From positions 254,977 to 318,976 of the forward strand of contig CAWGSK010000009.1 of the NCBI GenBank assembly GCA_963825055.1: a DNA stretch of 64,000 bases, written 5' to 3'. Of the stretch, positions 9,511 to 17,388 are shown in pieces. Made by a program: the position numbers and the translations under genes. Under the pieces are notes generated by a model. It made no database searches. It was not told the DNA's origin and saw only the letters and a list, made by a program, of their open reading frames with translations. Numbering within the stretch: the first letter of the stretch is position 1; each line of letters starts with the position of its first letter. The stretch comes from an uncultured Gemmatimonadales bacterium (GTDB lineage: Bacteria; Gemmatimonadota; Gemmatimonadetes; Gemmatimonadales; GWC2-71-9).

Positions 9511-10938
9511 GTGAAGCGTGTCGTTTTCGTCCTGATCGATGGAGCACGGCCCGACGTCCTGCAGATGCTGCTGGACCGGGGGGAACTGCCCCATCTCTCC
9601 AGGCACGTTATCGAGCAGGGAAGCTGGACGACGGGCACGACGGTGTTCCCCTCGACCACGGGCGTCGGCTACATCCCATTCCTCTTCGGCCGGTATCCGG
9701 GAACCGCAGGCATCCCCGGCATCCGATGGCTGGACCGGGGGCGGGCCGGCGGCGGGTGGCGTGACCGCTGGACCGCGGCGCGGAGCTACTGCGGCATCCA
9801 GGGCGGCTGGATAAACCGTGACATCGAGGCCGGCACCTCGATGTTCGACGCCGTCCCCAGCCAGGCGATCTGCACTCCGATCACCCGGGGCCTCCCCGGG
9901 GGCGCGCATCGGATGCCAATCAGGCGCATGCTGCTGGGAACCCCGGCACACTACACGGCCAATTATGCCTCGCTGGACAACGCCGTGGCCGAGAGCTGGG
10001 TGGCCGCACTGGATGATCCCTGGCGGTTCCTGTTCGTGGTATTTCCCGGCGTGGACGGGCTCACGCATTTCACCGATCCGTGGCATGAGACGGTGCTCGA
10101 GGCGTACCGGCTGGTGGACCGCGCCCTGGGGCGCTTCGTGGACCGCGCCCGGCAGCTCGGCGAGGCGCCCGGGATCATCGTGGCCTCCGACCATGGCGCC
10201 GACGCCATCCACCAGCACGAGGACATCGCCGTCTGGCTGGAAAATCACGGAGTACCCACCCTCAGGCACCCGATGCACGTCTGGCGGCGGGACGCCCGCG
10301 CGGCCTCGATGGTCTCCGGCAACGCCAGCGTGCAGATCTACCTCGAGCCCCGCTCCGGCCGCGTGACGCCCCGGACCGAGTCGGAGTTCCCGCCCGACCT
10401 CCTGCCGATGCTCGCGGGACTGCGCTCGGTGCGCCTCGCCGCCTTCCGCGACGATGACGGACGGGTGACAGTCATTCGCCGGAACGAGCGCGCCCATCTC
10501 GTGGAGGAGGACGACGTGATACGCTATCTCCCTGTCACGGGCGATCCGCTGGGGCTGGGCGGACCGGTGGAGGGACGTGACCGCGACGTCCTGGCCCGCT
10601 CGCTCAGCACCGACCTTCCCGACGCGCCGCGCCAGTTGCTTCAGGTCTTCGCAGCCCGGCGCGCCGGTGACATCATTCTCGCCGCCGCGCCGGGCTGCGA
10701 CTTCCGGGGGCCCTGGGAAATTCCCGAGCATCGCTCGGGGCACGGAAGCCTGACCGCGGACCACATGCTGGTGCCGATCGCGGCGACCATCCCGCTCCCC
10801 GTGGCGCCGATGCGGACGGTGGACCTCATGCCGACCATGCTGGAGATGCTGGACGTTCCGATTCCCCCCGGGCTCGACGGGCTCCCGGCGTCGGCCCTGG
10901 CCGCACTCCCTGAAGCGAGCTTTGACCCGGTCGCATAG
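9511..10938 (+). CDS. Alkaline phosphatase superfamily (nucleotide pyrophosphatase/phosphodiesterase-like) enzyme
   Basis: LIDGARPD, FPSTT (Thr nucleophile), DGLTH, SDHG, GHGSL, RTVDLMPT. GTG start follows ggagg. Confidence 0.88.
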   Translation: MKRVVFVLIDGARPDVLQMLLDRGELPHLSRHVIEQGSWTTGTTVFPSTTGVGYIPFLFGRYPGTAGIPGIRWLDRGRAGGGWRDRWTAARSYCGIQGGWINRDIEAGTSMFDAVPSQAICTPITRGLPGGAHRMPIRRMLLGTPAHYTANYASLDNAVAESWVAALDDPWRFLFVVFPGVDGLTHFTDPWHETVLEAYRLVDRALGRFVDRARQLGEAPGIIVASDHGADAIHQHEDIAVWLENHGVPTLRHPMHVWRRDARAASMVSGNASVQIYLEPRSGRVTPRTESEFPPDLLPMLAGLRSVRLAAFRDDDGRVTVIRRNERAHLVEEDDVIRYLPVTGDPLGLGGPVEGRDRDVLARSLSTDLPDAPRQLLQVFAARRAGDIILAAAPGCDFRGPWEIPEHRSGHGSLTADHMLVPIAATIPLPVAPMRTVDLMPTMLEMLDVPIPPGLDGLPASALAALPEASFDPVA

Positions 10939-11608
10939 CGTCTGGCTGCGCCCGAGGGGAACCCCTGTGTGGGACGGCATCCTCCGGGCCACCGGCGTGC
11001 TGGGAGTCGTCGGCATCGGACTGGTGCTCTGGTGGCCCCCGGCGGCGGGGCTGGTCGGCTTCCTCTGCATCACCATCTTCGTCAACGGGCCGCTCGCGCC
11101 GCTGCTCCCGGCCACCTACGAGCCCGTACTCATGGTGGCCGGGCGGGTCTATCCCCCGCTGGCGGTAGCACTCGTCGGCATCGCGGGGACCCTGTATGTC
11201 GAGTTCCTGAACTACCACCTGTACCGCAAGGCGCTGTACCATCCGCGGCTGGACCGCGCCCGCGACTCCCGCGCCGTCCGGGCCACCGTGGCGCTGTTCG
11301 AGCGCGCGCCATTTTTCACCGTCTGGCTGTGCAGCTGGAGTCCACTGCCCTTCTGGGCCGTGCGATTCCTCGCGCCGCTCGCCGGTTATCCGGTCCGTCC
11401 CTATCTGCTGGCGACGTTCCTGGGACGGGCCCCCCGGCTCTGGTTCTTCGCGGCGCTCGGCCTCTACGTCTCGGTGTCGACCCGGATCCTGGTCGGCGCG
11501 ACGCTTATCATGATCACCATCGCCGTCACGGTCGCCATGCTCCGCGGCCGCCACGAAGTGCGCCGGGCCCGCGATCCGCTTCCCAGCCCTGGCGATGCAA
11601 CACCATGA
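10922..11608 (+). CDS. VTT/DedA (SNARE-associated) family membrane protein
   Basis: Hydrophobic; SPLPFWAVRFLAPLAGYP..YLLATFLGRAPR resembles the VTT domain. Confidence 0.65.
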   Translation: MTRSHSVWLRPRGTPVWDGILRATGVLGVVGIGLVLWWPPAAGLVGFLCITIFVNGPLAPLLPATYEPVLMVAGRVYPPLAVALVGIAGTLYVEFLNYHLYRKALYHPRLDRARDSRAVRATVALFERAPFFTVWLCSWSPLPFWAVRFLAPLAGYPVRPYLLATFLGRAPRLWFFAALGLYVSVSTRILVGATLIMITIAVTVAMLRGRHEVRRARDPLPSPGDATP

Positions 11609-11620
11609 AAGGAATTTCCC

Positions 11621-11971
11621 ATGACTTCATCTGCCCGCTGGACAGGCGCGGTCCTGTTTCTGGCCCTCGTGGCCACCGGATGCCGTCAGCAGGAGGCAGC
11701 CACGACCCCGGCATCACCCGATTCAGAACTGGGAACCCCCATGTCCGGTGACACGACGTTCCGGGCCACAGGGACCATCCACCGGGTGAACGTGGAGGGT
11801 GGCTGCTGGCGTTTCGACCTCGAAGGCGGCGGGCACTTCGAGCTCCGGGCCGGCGCCGATCCATCGATCCTGGTGGACGGCCGCCAGGCGACGCTCACCC
11901 TCCGGCCCCGGCCGGACCTGATGAGCGCCTGCCAGATCGGCCCGATCGCCGAGGTGGTAGACGGGGCCTGA
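11621..11971 (+). CDS. Hypothetical lipoprotein
   Basis: Lipobox LALVATGC; VEGGCW..MSACQIG Cys pair. Confidence 0.7.
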   Translation: MTSSARWTGAVLFLALVATGCRQQEAATTPASPDSELGTPMSGDTTFRATGTIHRVNVEGGCWRFDLEGGGHFELRAGADPSILVDGRQATLTLRPRPDLMSACQIGPIAEVVDGA

Positions 11972-11977
11972 GGATTC

Positions 11978-12008
11978 AAACCCCGTGCGCCCGACCGGCG
12001 TCTCATGG
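11978..12008 (+). promoter_or_regulatory. Putative ECF-dependent promoter, copy 1
   Basis: AAACCC-N11-CCGGCGTCTCATGG; identical copy with identical spacing at 14039-14069; AAC..CGT geometry typical of ECF promoters. Confidence 0.7.
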
Positions 12009-12577
12009 CAGTGGCGACCTCCATCCTCACCCTCGGCTCCCTTGCCGCCTGCCCGGTTACGGGTCCGGCGATGAACCAGCTCGCCGCCGCGGCGGCCGGC
12101 GGGGACCGGCGTGCCTTCAGCGAGCTGCACCGCCGGACGGTGCCCCGGACCTACGCCCTCTGCCTTCGCCTCTCGGGTGACCCCGCACGTGCCGAGGAAC
12201 TCACCCAGGACGTGTACGTCCGGGTGTGGGAGCGGCTCGCCTCGTTCCGGGGCGACAGCGCCTTCACGACGTGGCTGCATCGCCTGGCGGTCAACGTGGT
12301 CCTGAGCGAACGGCGGTCGGACCGGCGCCGGCGGCGGCACCAGGAAGCGGCACAGGGAGAAATCTTCCGGTCCCGACCCGCGCCTCCGGGCCTGGTGCTT
12401 GACCTCGAGCGCGCCATTGCGCGCCTGCCGGACGGCGCAAGAGAAGTGTTCGTCCTGTACGACATCGAAGGATACCGGCACGACGAAATCGCCGATGTGG
12501 CCGGCATCGCGGTGGGAACCTCCAAGGCCCAGCTGTTCCGCGCCCGCCGGCTGTTGAGGGAGATGCTCGACTCATGA
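12005..12577 (+). CDS. ECF RNA polymerase sigma factor (true start may be GTG 12011 or ATG 12071)
   Basis: AEELTQDVYVRVW..FRGDSAFTTWLHRLAVN..VFVLYDIEGYRHDEIA..GTSKAQLFRAR. Confidence 0.93.
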   Translation: MAVATSILTLGSLAACPVTGPAMNQLAAAAAGGDRRAFSELHRRTVPRTYALCLRLSGDPARAEELTQDVYVRVWERLASFRGDSAFTTWLHRLAVNVVLSERRSDRRRRRHQEAAQGEIFRSRPAPPGLVLDLERAIARLPDGAREVFVLYDIEGYRHDEIADVAGIAVGTSKAQLFRARRLLREMLDS

Positions 12578-13164
12578 ACTGCGACGAAGCCCTGGCCCTT
12601 CTGGACGACTTGCGCGCCGGCACCCTGCCCGACGCAGAGGCCGACCTGGTGCGCGCCCACCTGTCAGCCTGCCCAGCCTGCTCCGCCGACCTCGCCTTCC
12701 TCGATCGACTCGAGGGAGAGATCGCGCGGCTGCCCGGTGAGGTCCGGCCGTCGCGGGACCTGTGGCCGGGTATCGACGCGCGCCTCGCGCCCTCGCCCCC
12801 CGCGCGCCGACGGCTCGCGATCGCCGCAGTTATCGCGCTGCTGGCGATCGGGGCTGCCGCCGCGGCCGTGCTGCTCGCTCCGGCTCCTCCACCACACGAC
12901 GGAATCGCCGCCATGGAAACCGAGTACCGCAGTGCGGCCAGCGACCTGCTCACCACTGTCGAGGCGCGCGATGGCATGCTCGCCCCGCGCGTGGTTCACG
13001 TCGTCGAGCAGAACCTGCGGATCACCGATGCGGCGATCACGGAACTGCGGGATGCGCTCCGCGAACAGCCCGGGGACACCGGCCTCGAGTTGATGCTCCG
13101 GGCCGCCTGGGAAAAGAAGCTTGACCTCCTGCGGCGGGCGGCCGCAGCATCCACGGAGGCCTGA
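12574..13164 (+). CDS. zf-HC2 transmembrane anti-sigma factor
   Basis: MNC..HLSACPAC; TM segment; C-terminus similar to 5673..6353. Confidence 0.88.
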   Translation: MNCDEALALLDDLRAGTLPDAEADLVRAHLSACPACSADLAFLDRLEGEIARLPGEVRPSRDLWPGIDARLAPSPPARRRLAIAAVIALLAIGAAAAAVLLAPAPPPHDGIAAMETEYRSAASDLLTTVEARDGMLAPRVVHVVEQNLRITDAAITELRDALREQPGDTGLELMLRAAWEKKLDLLRRAAAASTEA

Positions 13165-13167
13165 CCG

Positions 13168-14040
13168 ATGCGACTCACCCCCGCCCTGCTCTGCCTCCTT
13201 ATCCCCACGGTGCTTGCCGCGCAGGGGCCGGTCGTGCGCAACCAGGGCCTCGACGCCGACGCGGCGGTCAAGATCCACAACATGACCGGGCCGGTCACGG
13301 TTCATGGGTGGAACCGCGATTCCATCGTGGTGCGTGCGGTGGAGGGCGATGGCCGCTTCTTCATGGGTGGCGGACGGAAGGGCGTGAAGCTCGGGCTGGA
13401 CCTGCCACCAGGTACCACGCCTTCCAGGGAGGGCACCGTTGAGGTATGGCTGCCTGCCGGAGCGCGACTCTGGATCATCACCGCCGAAGGCCGGGTGGAA
13501 GTGGAGGGCATGACCGGCATGGTGGATGTGGCTTCCACCGCGGGCGCGGTGGCGGTGCGCGGCGCCCTCCGCGAGTTGAAGGTGGAGACGATGGACGGCG
13601 ACGTCGCGCTGGATGCGCAGAGCCCCTGGATGCGCGCGAAGACGGCGAGCGGAAGCATCCGCATCTCCGGCGCCGGGGAGGACGTCGCCGCGGAGTCCGT
13701 GAGCGGGAGCATTGTGGTCAACGGGAAGAACGTCCGGCGCGCGCGGTTCGAGACGGTAACGGGCGATGTTGCCTGGCGCGGTACCCTGCTCCGGGACGGC
13801 TCGCTCGAGCTCGAGACCCACGCCGGTGGCATCGAGCTCCGCCTCCCGGCAGGGCTGGCGGCCGAGGTTGACGCGAACAGTTATCGCGGCGTGATTCGCG
13901 ACAGCTGGGCCGGGCGCAAACCCGTTGCGTCCGCGGACGGGCTGGGCCAGGAACTCCACATGACGCAGGGTGACGGAAGCGCGCGGATCAGCGTGCGCAC
14001 CTTCAAGGGGACCATCACTCTTCTTCCCGCAAGTCCTTAA
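13168..14040 (+). CDS. Secreted DUF4097-type beta-strand repeat protein
   Basis: Signal peptide; repeats TMDGDV/TASGSI/SVSGSI/TVTGDV/TFKGTI. Confidence 0.85.
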   Translation: MRLTPALLCLLIPTVLAAQGPVVRNQGLDADAAVKIHNMTGPVTVHGWNRDSIVVRAVEGDGRFFMGGGRKGVKLGLDLPPGTTPSREGTVEVWLPAGARLWIITAEGRVEVEGMTGMVDVASTAGAVAVRGALRELKVETMDGDVALDAQSPWMRAKTASGSIRISGAGEDVAAESVSGSIVVNGKNVRRARFETVTGDVAWRGTLLRDGSLELETHAGGIELRLPAGLAAEVDANSYRGVIRDSWAGRKPVASADGLGQELHMTQGDGSARISVRTFKGTITLLPASP

Positions 14041-14069
14041 ACCCTGCCCGCCTGGCCGGCGTCTCATGG
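14039..14069 (+). promoter_or_regulatory. Putative ECF-dependent promoter, copy 2
   Basis: AAACCC-N11-CCGGCGTCTCATGG, upstream of RBS aggag and ATG 14108. Confidence 0.7.
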
Positions 14070-14107
14070 GGGAGCGCGACACTACCTTCCCATTCAGGAG
14101 ACGCCCG

Positions 14108-14719
14108 ATGTTCACTCGACTCCGCACCTTCATCACCACCGCAGGCGTCTTCACCGCCCTCGTGGCAGTGGCACCCCGCGCGTGGGCAGGCCCGTCCTGG
14201 ATCTCCGTGGAGCTGCCGGCCAATCCATACATCGACGGCAGCCGGGGGGCCTACCTCCTCGTTCACCTTTACCATCACGGCACGGCAGTCGGCCTGATGC
14301 CCACCGGCAGTGCGGAGGGCCTGGTTGACGGGAAGCGCCGCAGCATCCCGCTGGAGATCACGCGGACCGGGCAGGCCGGCGTCTTTGCCGTGCGCTTCAC
14401 TCCCGAAGCGCGGGGCACCTGGCTTCTCGTGATGCACGGCGGAGAGCATGGCAACCAGGCCAGCGCCGTGGTGAGCCTCCGGACCGACGGCACCGTGTCC
14501 GGGGTGGAGGTTCCCACCCGCCAGGATGGGCGCTGGACCATCCCCGTACCGGTCACGGACCAGGACGTGAACGCCATGCTGGCGCGCCAAGCCGCCCTGG
14601 GGGGGAACGGAGCCCGCGCCACCCCGGGGTCGGCAGGGCATGGCGGCACGATCTCCGCGGGGCTGGCGGTGCTGGCGCTGCTTCCGCTCGGCGTCCAGGT
14701 GCGTCGTCGCCTTGCCTGA
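14108..14719 (+). CDS. Hypothetical exported protein with C-terminal TM anchor and basic tail
   Basis: Signal peptide ending AWA; C-terminus HGG-TISAGLAVLALLPLGVQV-RRRLA. Confidence 0.75.
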   Translation: MFTRLRTFITTAGVFTALVAVAPRAWAGPSWISVELPANPYIDGSRGAYLLVHLYHHGTAVGLMPTGSAEGLVDGKRRSIPLEITRTGQAGVFAVRFTPEARGTWLLVMHGGEHGNQASAVVSLRTDGTVSGVEVPTRQDGRWTIPVPVTDQDVNAMLARQAALGGNGARATPGSAGHGGTISAGLAVLALLPLGVQVRRRLA

Positions 14720-14727
14720 GAGCCGGT

Positions 14728-17268
14728 TCAGCGCTCCTGCGCGCTGAGCATCGCGTCAAGGTCCTGCCGGGTATACAGATGCCCGCGCAGGACCACCGCG
14801 CCGATGCGGCTGGTGCTGGTGATGTCTTCCAGGGGGTTTTCCTCGAGCAGGAGCAGGTCGGCGACCGCCCCGGTGCGGATCACGCCCAGCGTATCCCCGC
14901 CGAAATAGGAACCCACCTGGAGGGTGGAGGTGGCCAGGGCCTGGGCAGGCGTGAGGCCCGCGGCCACGAGCAGGGCAAGTTCATCATGCAGGCTGAAGCC
15001 GGGCATCGAGTACAGGACGCCCGCATCGGTCCCCGCGAGCAGCGGCACGCCGTGCCGGGCCATGGCTCCCACCAGCCATCGTTCGTCCTCGAATCGTTCG
15101 ATGCGTGCCAGGCGCGTGGCCGAGTCAGCCCTGAGCCTGGCCGCCAGCGCGCCCTTCCAGTCACGCCGGACGAGGTCGGGCATGTACCGCAATCGAGTTT
15201 CCTGGCGCCGGCTGTCGTCCTCCGGATGGGTTTTGTTGTAGAGGATGACCATTGTCGGCGTCTGCCAGACGTGACCGCGGGCAAACGCCGCGAAGATCGT
15301 GTCGCATGCCGCGGCGGTCCGAGGCGTACAGAACGGGGCGATCTCGTCCCTCAGGTGTTCGATGCTCCGCATGCCGAGCTCTGCCGCTTCCAGTGGGGAC
15401 ACACCGGCGGGCAGGTGCCCCGCCACCGGCAGGCCGCGGTCGCGCGCGGCCGCCATGGCCGCCCGGAATGCCTCCGGTGGCAGCAGCGTGTAGACCTTGA
15501 TGAAGTCCACATTGCGTCGGGCGAGCGAATCGACCGCGCGCCGGGCTTCGCCGGGATCGGCGATGGCCACGCTCACTTCGGGTGACACCGGCTCGGGCCC
15601 GTCCAGGATGGGGCCGGCGGCAGCAATGCGGGGGGCCGTCAGGGAGCTGTCGTGGATCGCGCGCATGACGCTGTCACGCACGTCGAGCAGCCCTCCCATG
15701 TCGCGGATCCCGGTCACGCCGTTGGCGACGAACAGGGGCAGGAACGTCCGTGCCACCTCGTTGTCCCAGAGCGCGTGGACGTGCATGTCCCAGAGGCCGG
15801 GAATCAGGTAACGGCCGCCGCCGTCCACCACCGTCGCGACCTCGGTGGCACCCTCGTCCGCAGCTCCGACCCGGATGATGTGCCCGTCACGGATCAGCAC
15901 GGTGCGGCCCGGGACGACACTGTCCGCCTCGATGTCAACGACCGAGACGTTGGTGATGGCAAGGGAGCCGGCTGGTGGGCCACAGGCGGCGGCAGGGCGA
16001 GGACCGCCGCGGCGCTGGGCAGCCTCACGACCCGCGACCAGCCGGTATACCCTCACGTACTCGAGGTCGTCCTCGTCCTGCCAGACCCCGGTGACGTGGT
16101 CAGTGCCGATGTCCGTCGGGCGGAAGCCATCGGGCAGCGTGGCATCGCCGAGCCAGTGACCCGTGGAGTCGAGCACGCTGTAGGTTCGTTCCGTCAGTCC
16201 CGGTGCGCGCGCCTCCTCGACCCAGAAATTCCCTCCGGCATCCACGAGGAGGCCGCTGTACGACGGGAGATGATCGGGATATGGCGCCGTCTCTATTCGC
16301 TTTTCGAGTTGCTCCATCATGGGTGCCGGGATGTTGTTCGAGTTGGTCTTCAGCCGCTCCATCGCGTCGTTCCTCGCCCGGTTGACATCCTCCGCCGACA
16401 AGGCGGCAGGCTGGAAGTCGCGTCTCGCCAGGAGTCGGACCGCGCCCGTCGAATCCAGCACCCGCACCTCCCACCCCTCGTTCGGTGCCATGTATACGAG
16501 GCCGCCTCGCGCAACCGCAAAGGTGTTGCGGCCGAGCGGCACGGGCGCGGGCGAAGGAAAATCGCGCCCGTTGAAGGACATCGTGGCCGGGTACATCTCG
16601 ATGCCGGGAAAGATCCCGATCGTATCGCGAAGTTCTCCCGAATCCAGGTAGGTCACATAGGCCGTTGGTGTACGGTAGGGGCCGCCGCTCTTTGCGGTGG
16701 TGTCGATCTGTTGCACGGCAACGAGGAGTGTTCCGTCGTCAAAGACGCCTGCCGGTATGGGGAACATCAGGTTCCCCGGCGAGCGGATGACATAGGCCCG
16801 GATGAACGCCCCCGTATCGTCGAGGATCGAGATCCGGCGCGCCTGGAAGTCGAAGACCTGGAGCGTGTCTCCTCCCCGGCGCCAGAATCCAAAGGGGTTC
16901 TGGAACTCTCCCGGGCCACTCCCCTCCCGGCCGACGGAGCCGAGCCATGTCCCGGTGGAATCGTAAAAGCGTACCTGCTTGTTCCCCCCGTCCAGTACCG
17001 CAAGCCGGCCGTCGGAAAGCCGGAAGGCTCCCCCGACCCTGGCAAAATCCCGCTCGGGATGGTCGGCATCCGCACCAATCTCCACCAGTGCCGTGTCCGG
17101 CACCCGCCAGCCGGCACCTTCCTTCCATGCCGGTGCCGTGTTCTCGACGATATGCACCCCGGCGCTGTCCCGTTCCACGGCCGCGCGCGGCGCCGCCTCG
17201 CCCCCGCAGGCGAAAAGCAGGGGAAGGGCGAGGACAGGGACGACGGAGGGCCAGTGTGCGTTGGGCAT
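14728..17268 (-). CDS. Apparent fusion of an N-terminal beta-propeller-type lipoprotein and a C-terminal amidohydrolase; possibly two genes joined by an indel
   Basis: Lipobox LLFAC; GREGSGPGEF propeller motif; amidohydrolase IPGLWDMHVH, NGVTGIRDMGG, DFIKVY, SIEH, LAGTDAG, SLHDEL. Confidence 0.8.
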   Translation of the reverse strand: MPNAHWPSVVPVLALPLLFACGGEAAPRAAVERDSAGVHIVENTAPAWKEGAGWRVPDTALVEIGADADHPERDFARVGGAFRLSDGRLAVLDGGNKQVRFYDSTGTWLGSVGREGSGPGEFQNPFGFWRRGGDTLQVFDFQARRISILDDTGAFIRAYVIRSPGNLMFPIPAGVFDDGTLLVAVQQIDTTAKSGGPYRTPTAYVTYLDSGELRDTIGIFPGIEMYPATMSFNGRDFPSPAPVPLGRNTFAVARGGLVYMAPNEGWEVRVLDSTGAVRLLARRDFQPAALSAEDVNRARNDAMERLKTNSNNIPAPMMEQLEKRIETAPYPDHLPSYSGLLVDAGGNFWVEEARAPGLTERTYSVLDSTGHWLGDATLPDGFRPTDIGTDHVTGVWQDEDDLEYVRVYRLVAGREAAQRRGGPRPAAACGPPAGSLAITNVSVVDIEADSVVPGRTVLIRDGHIIRVGAADEGATEVATVVDGGGRYLIPGLWDMHVHALWDNEVARTFLPLFVANGVTGIRDMGGLLDVRDSVMRAIHDSSLTAPRIAAAGPILDGPEPVSPEVSVAIADPGEARRAVDSLARRNVDFIKVYTLLPPEAFRAAMAAARDRGLPVAGHLPAGVSPLEAAELGMRSIEHLRDEIAPFCTPRTAAACDTIFAAFARGHVWQTPTMVILYNKTHPEDDSRRQETRLRYMPDLVRRDWKGALAARLRADSATRLARIERFEDERWLVGAMARHGVPLLAGTDAGVLYSMPGFSLHDELALLVAAGLTPAQALATSTLQVGSYFGGDTLGVIRTGAVADLLLLEENPLEDITSTSRIGAVVLRGHLYTRQDLDAMLSAQER

Positions 17269-17388
17269 GGGGGCTCCGGAGACGTTACGGCAACGGGGAG
17301 GAACGAGTATACTTCCGCGACACATATTCCATAGTACTTCGCTGACCGGCGGGCGGAAGGCCCCGGCGGGAACCCTGGTCGGATACAC

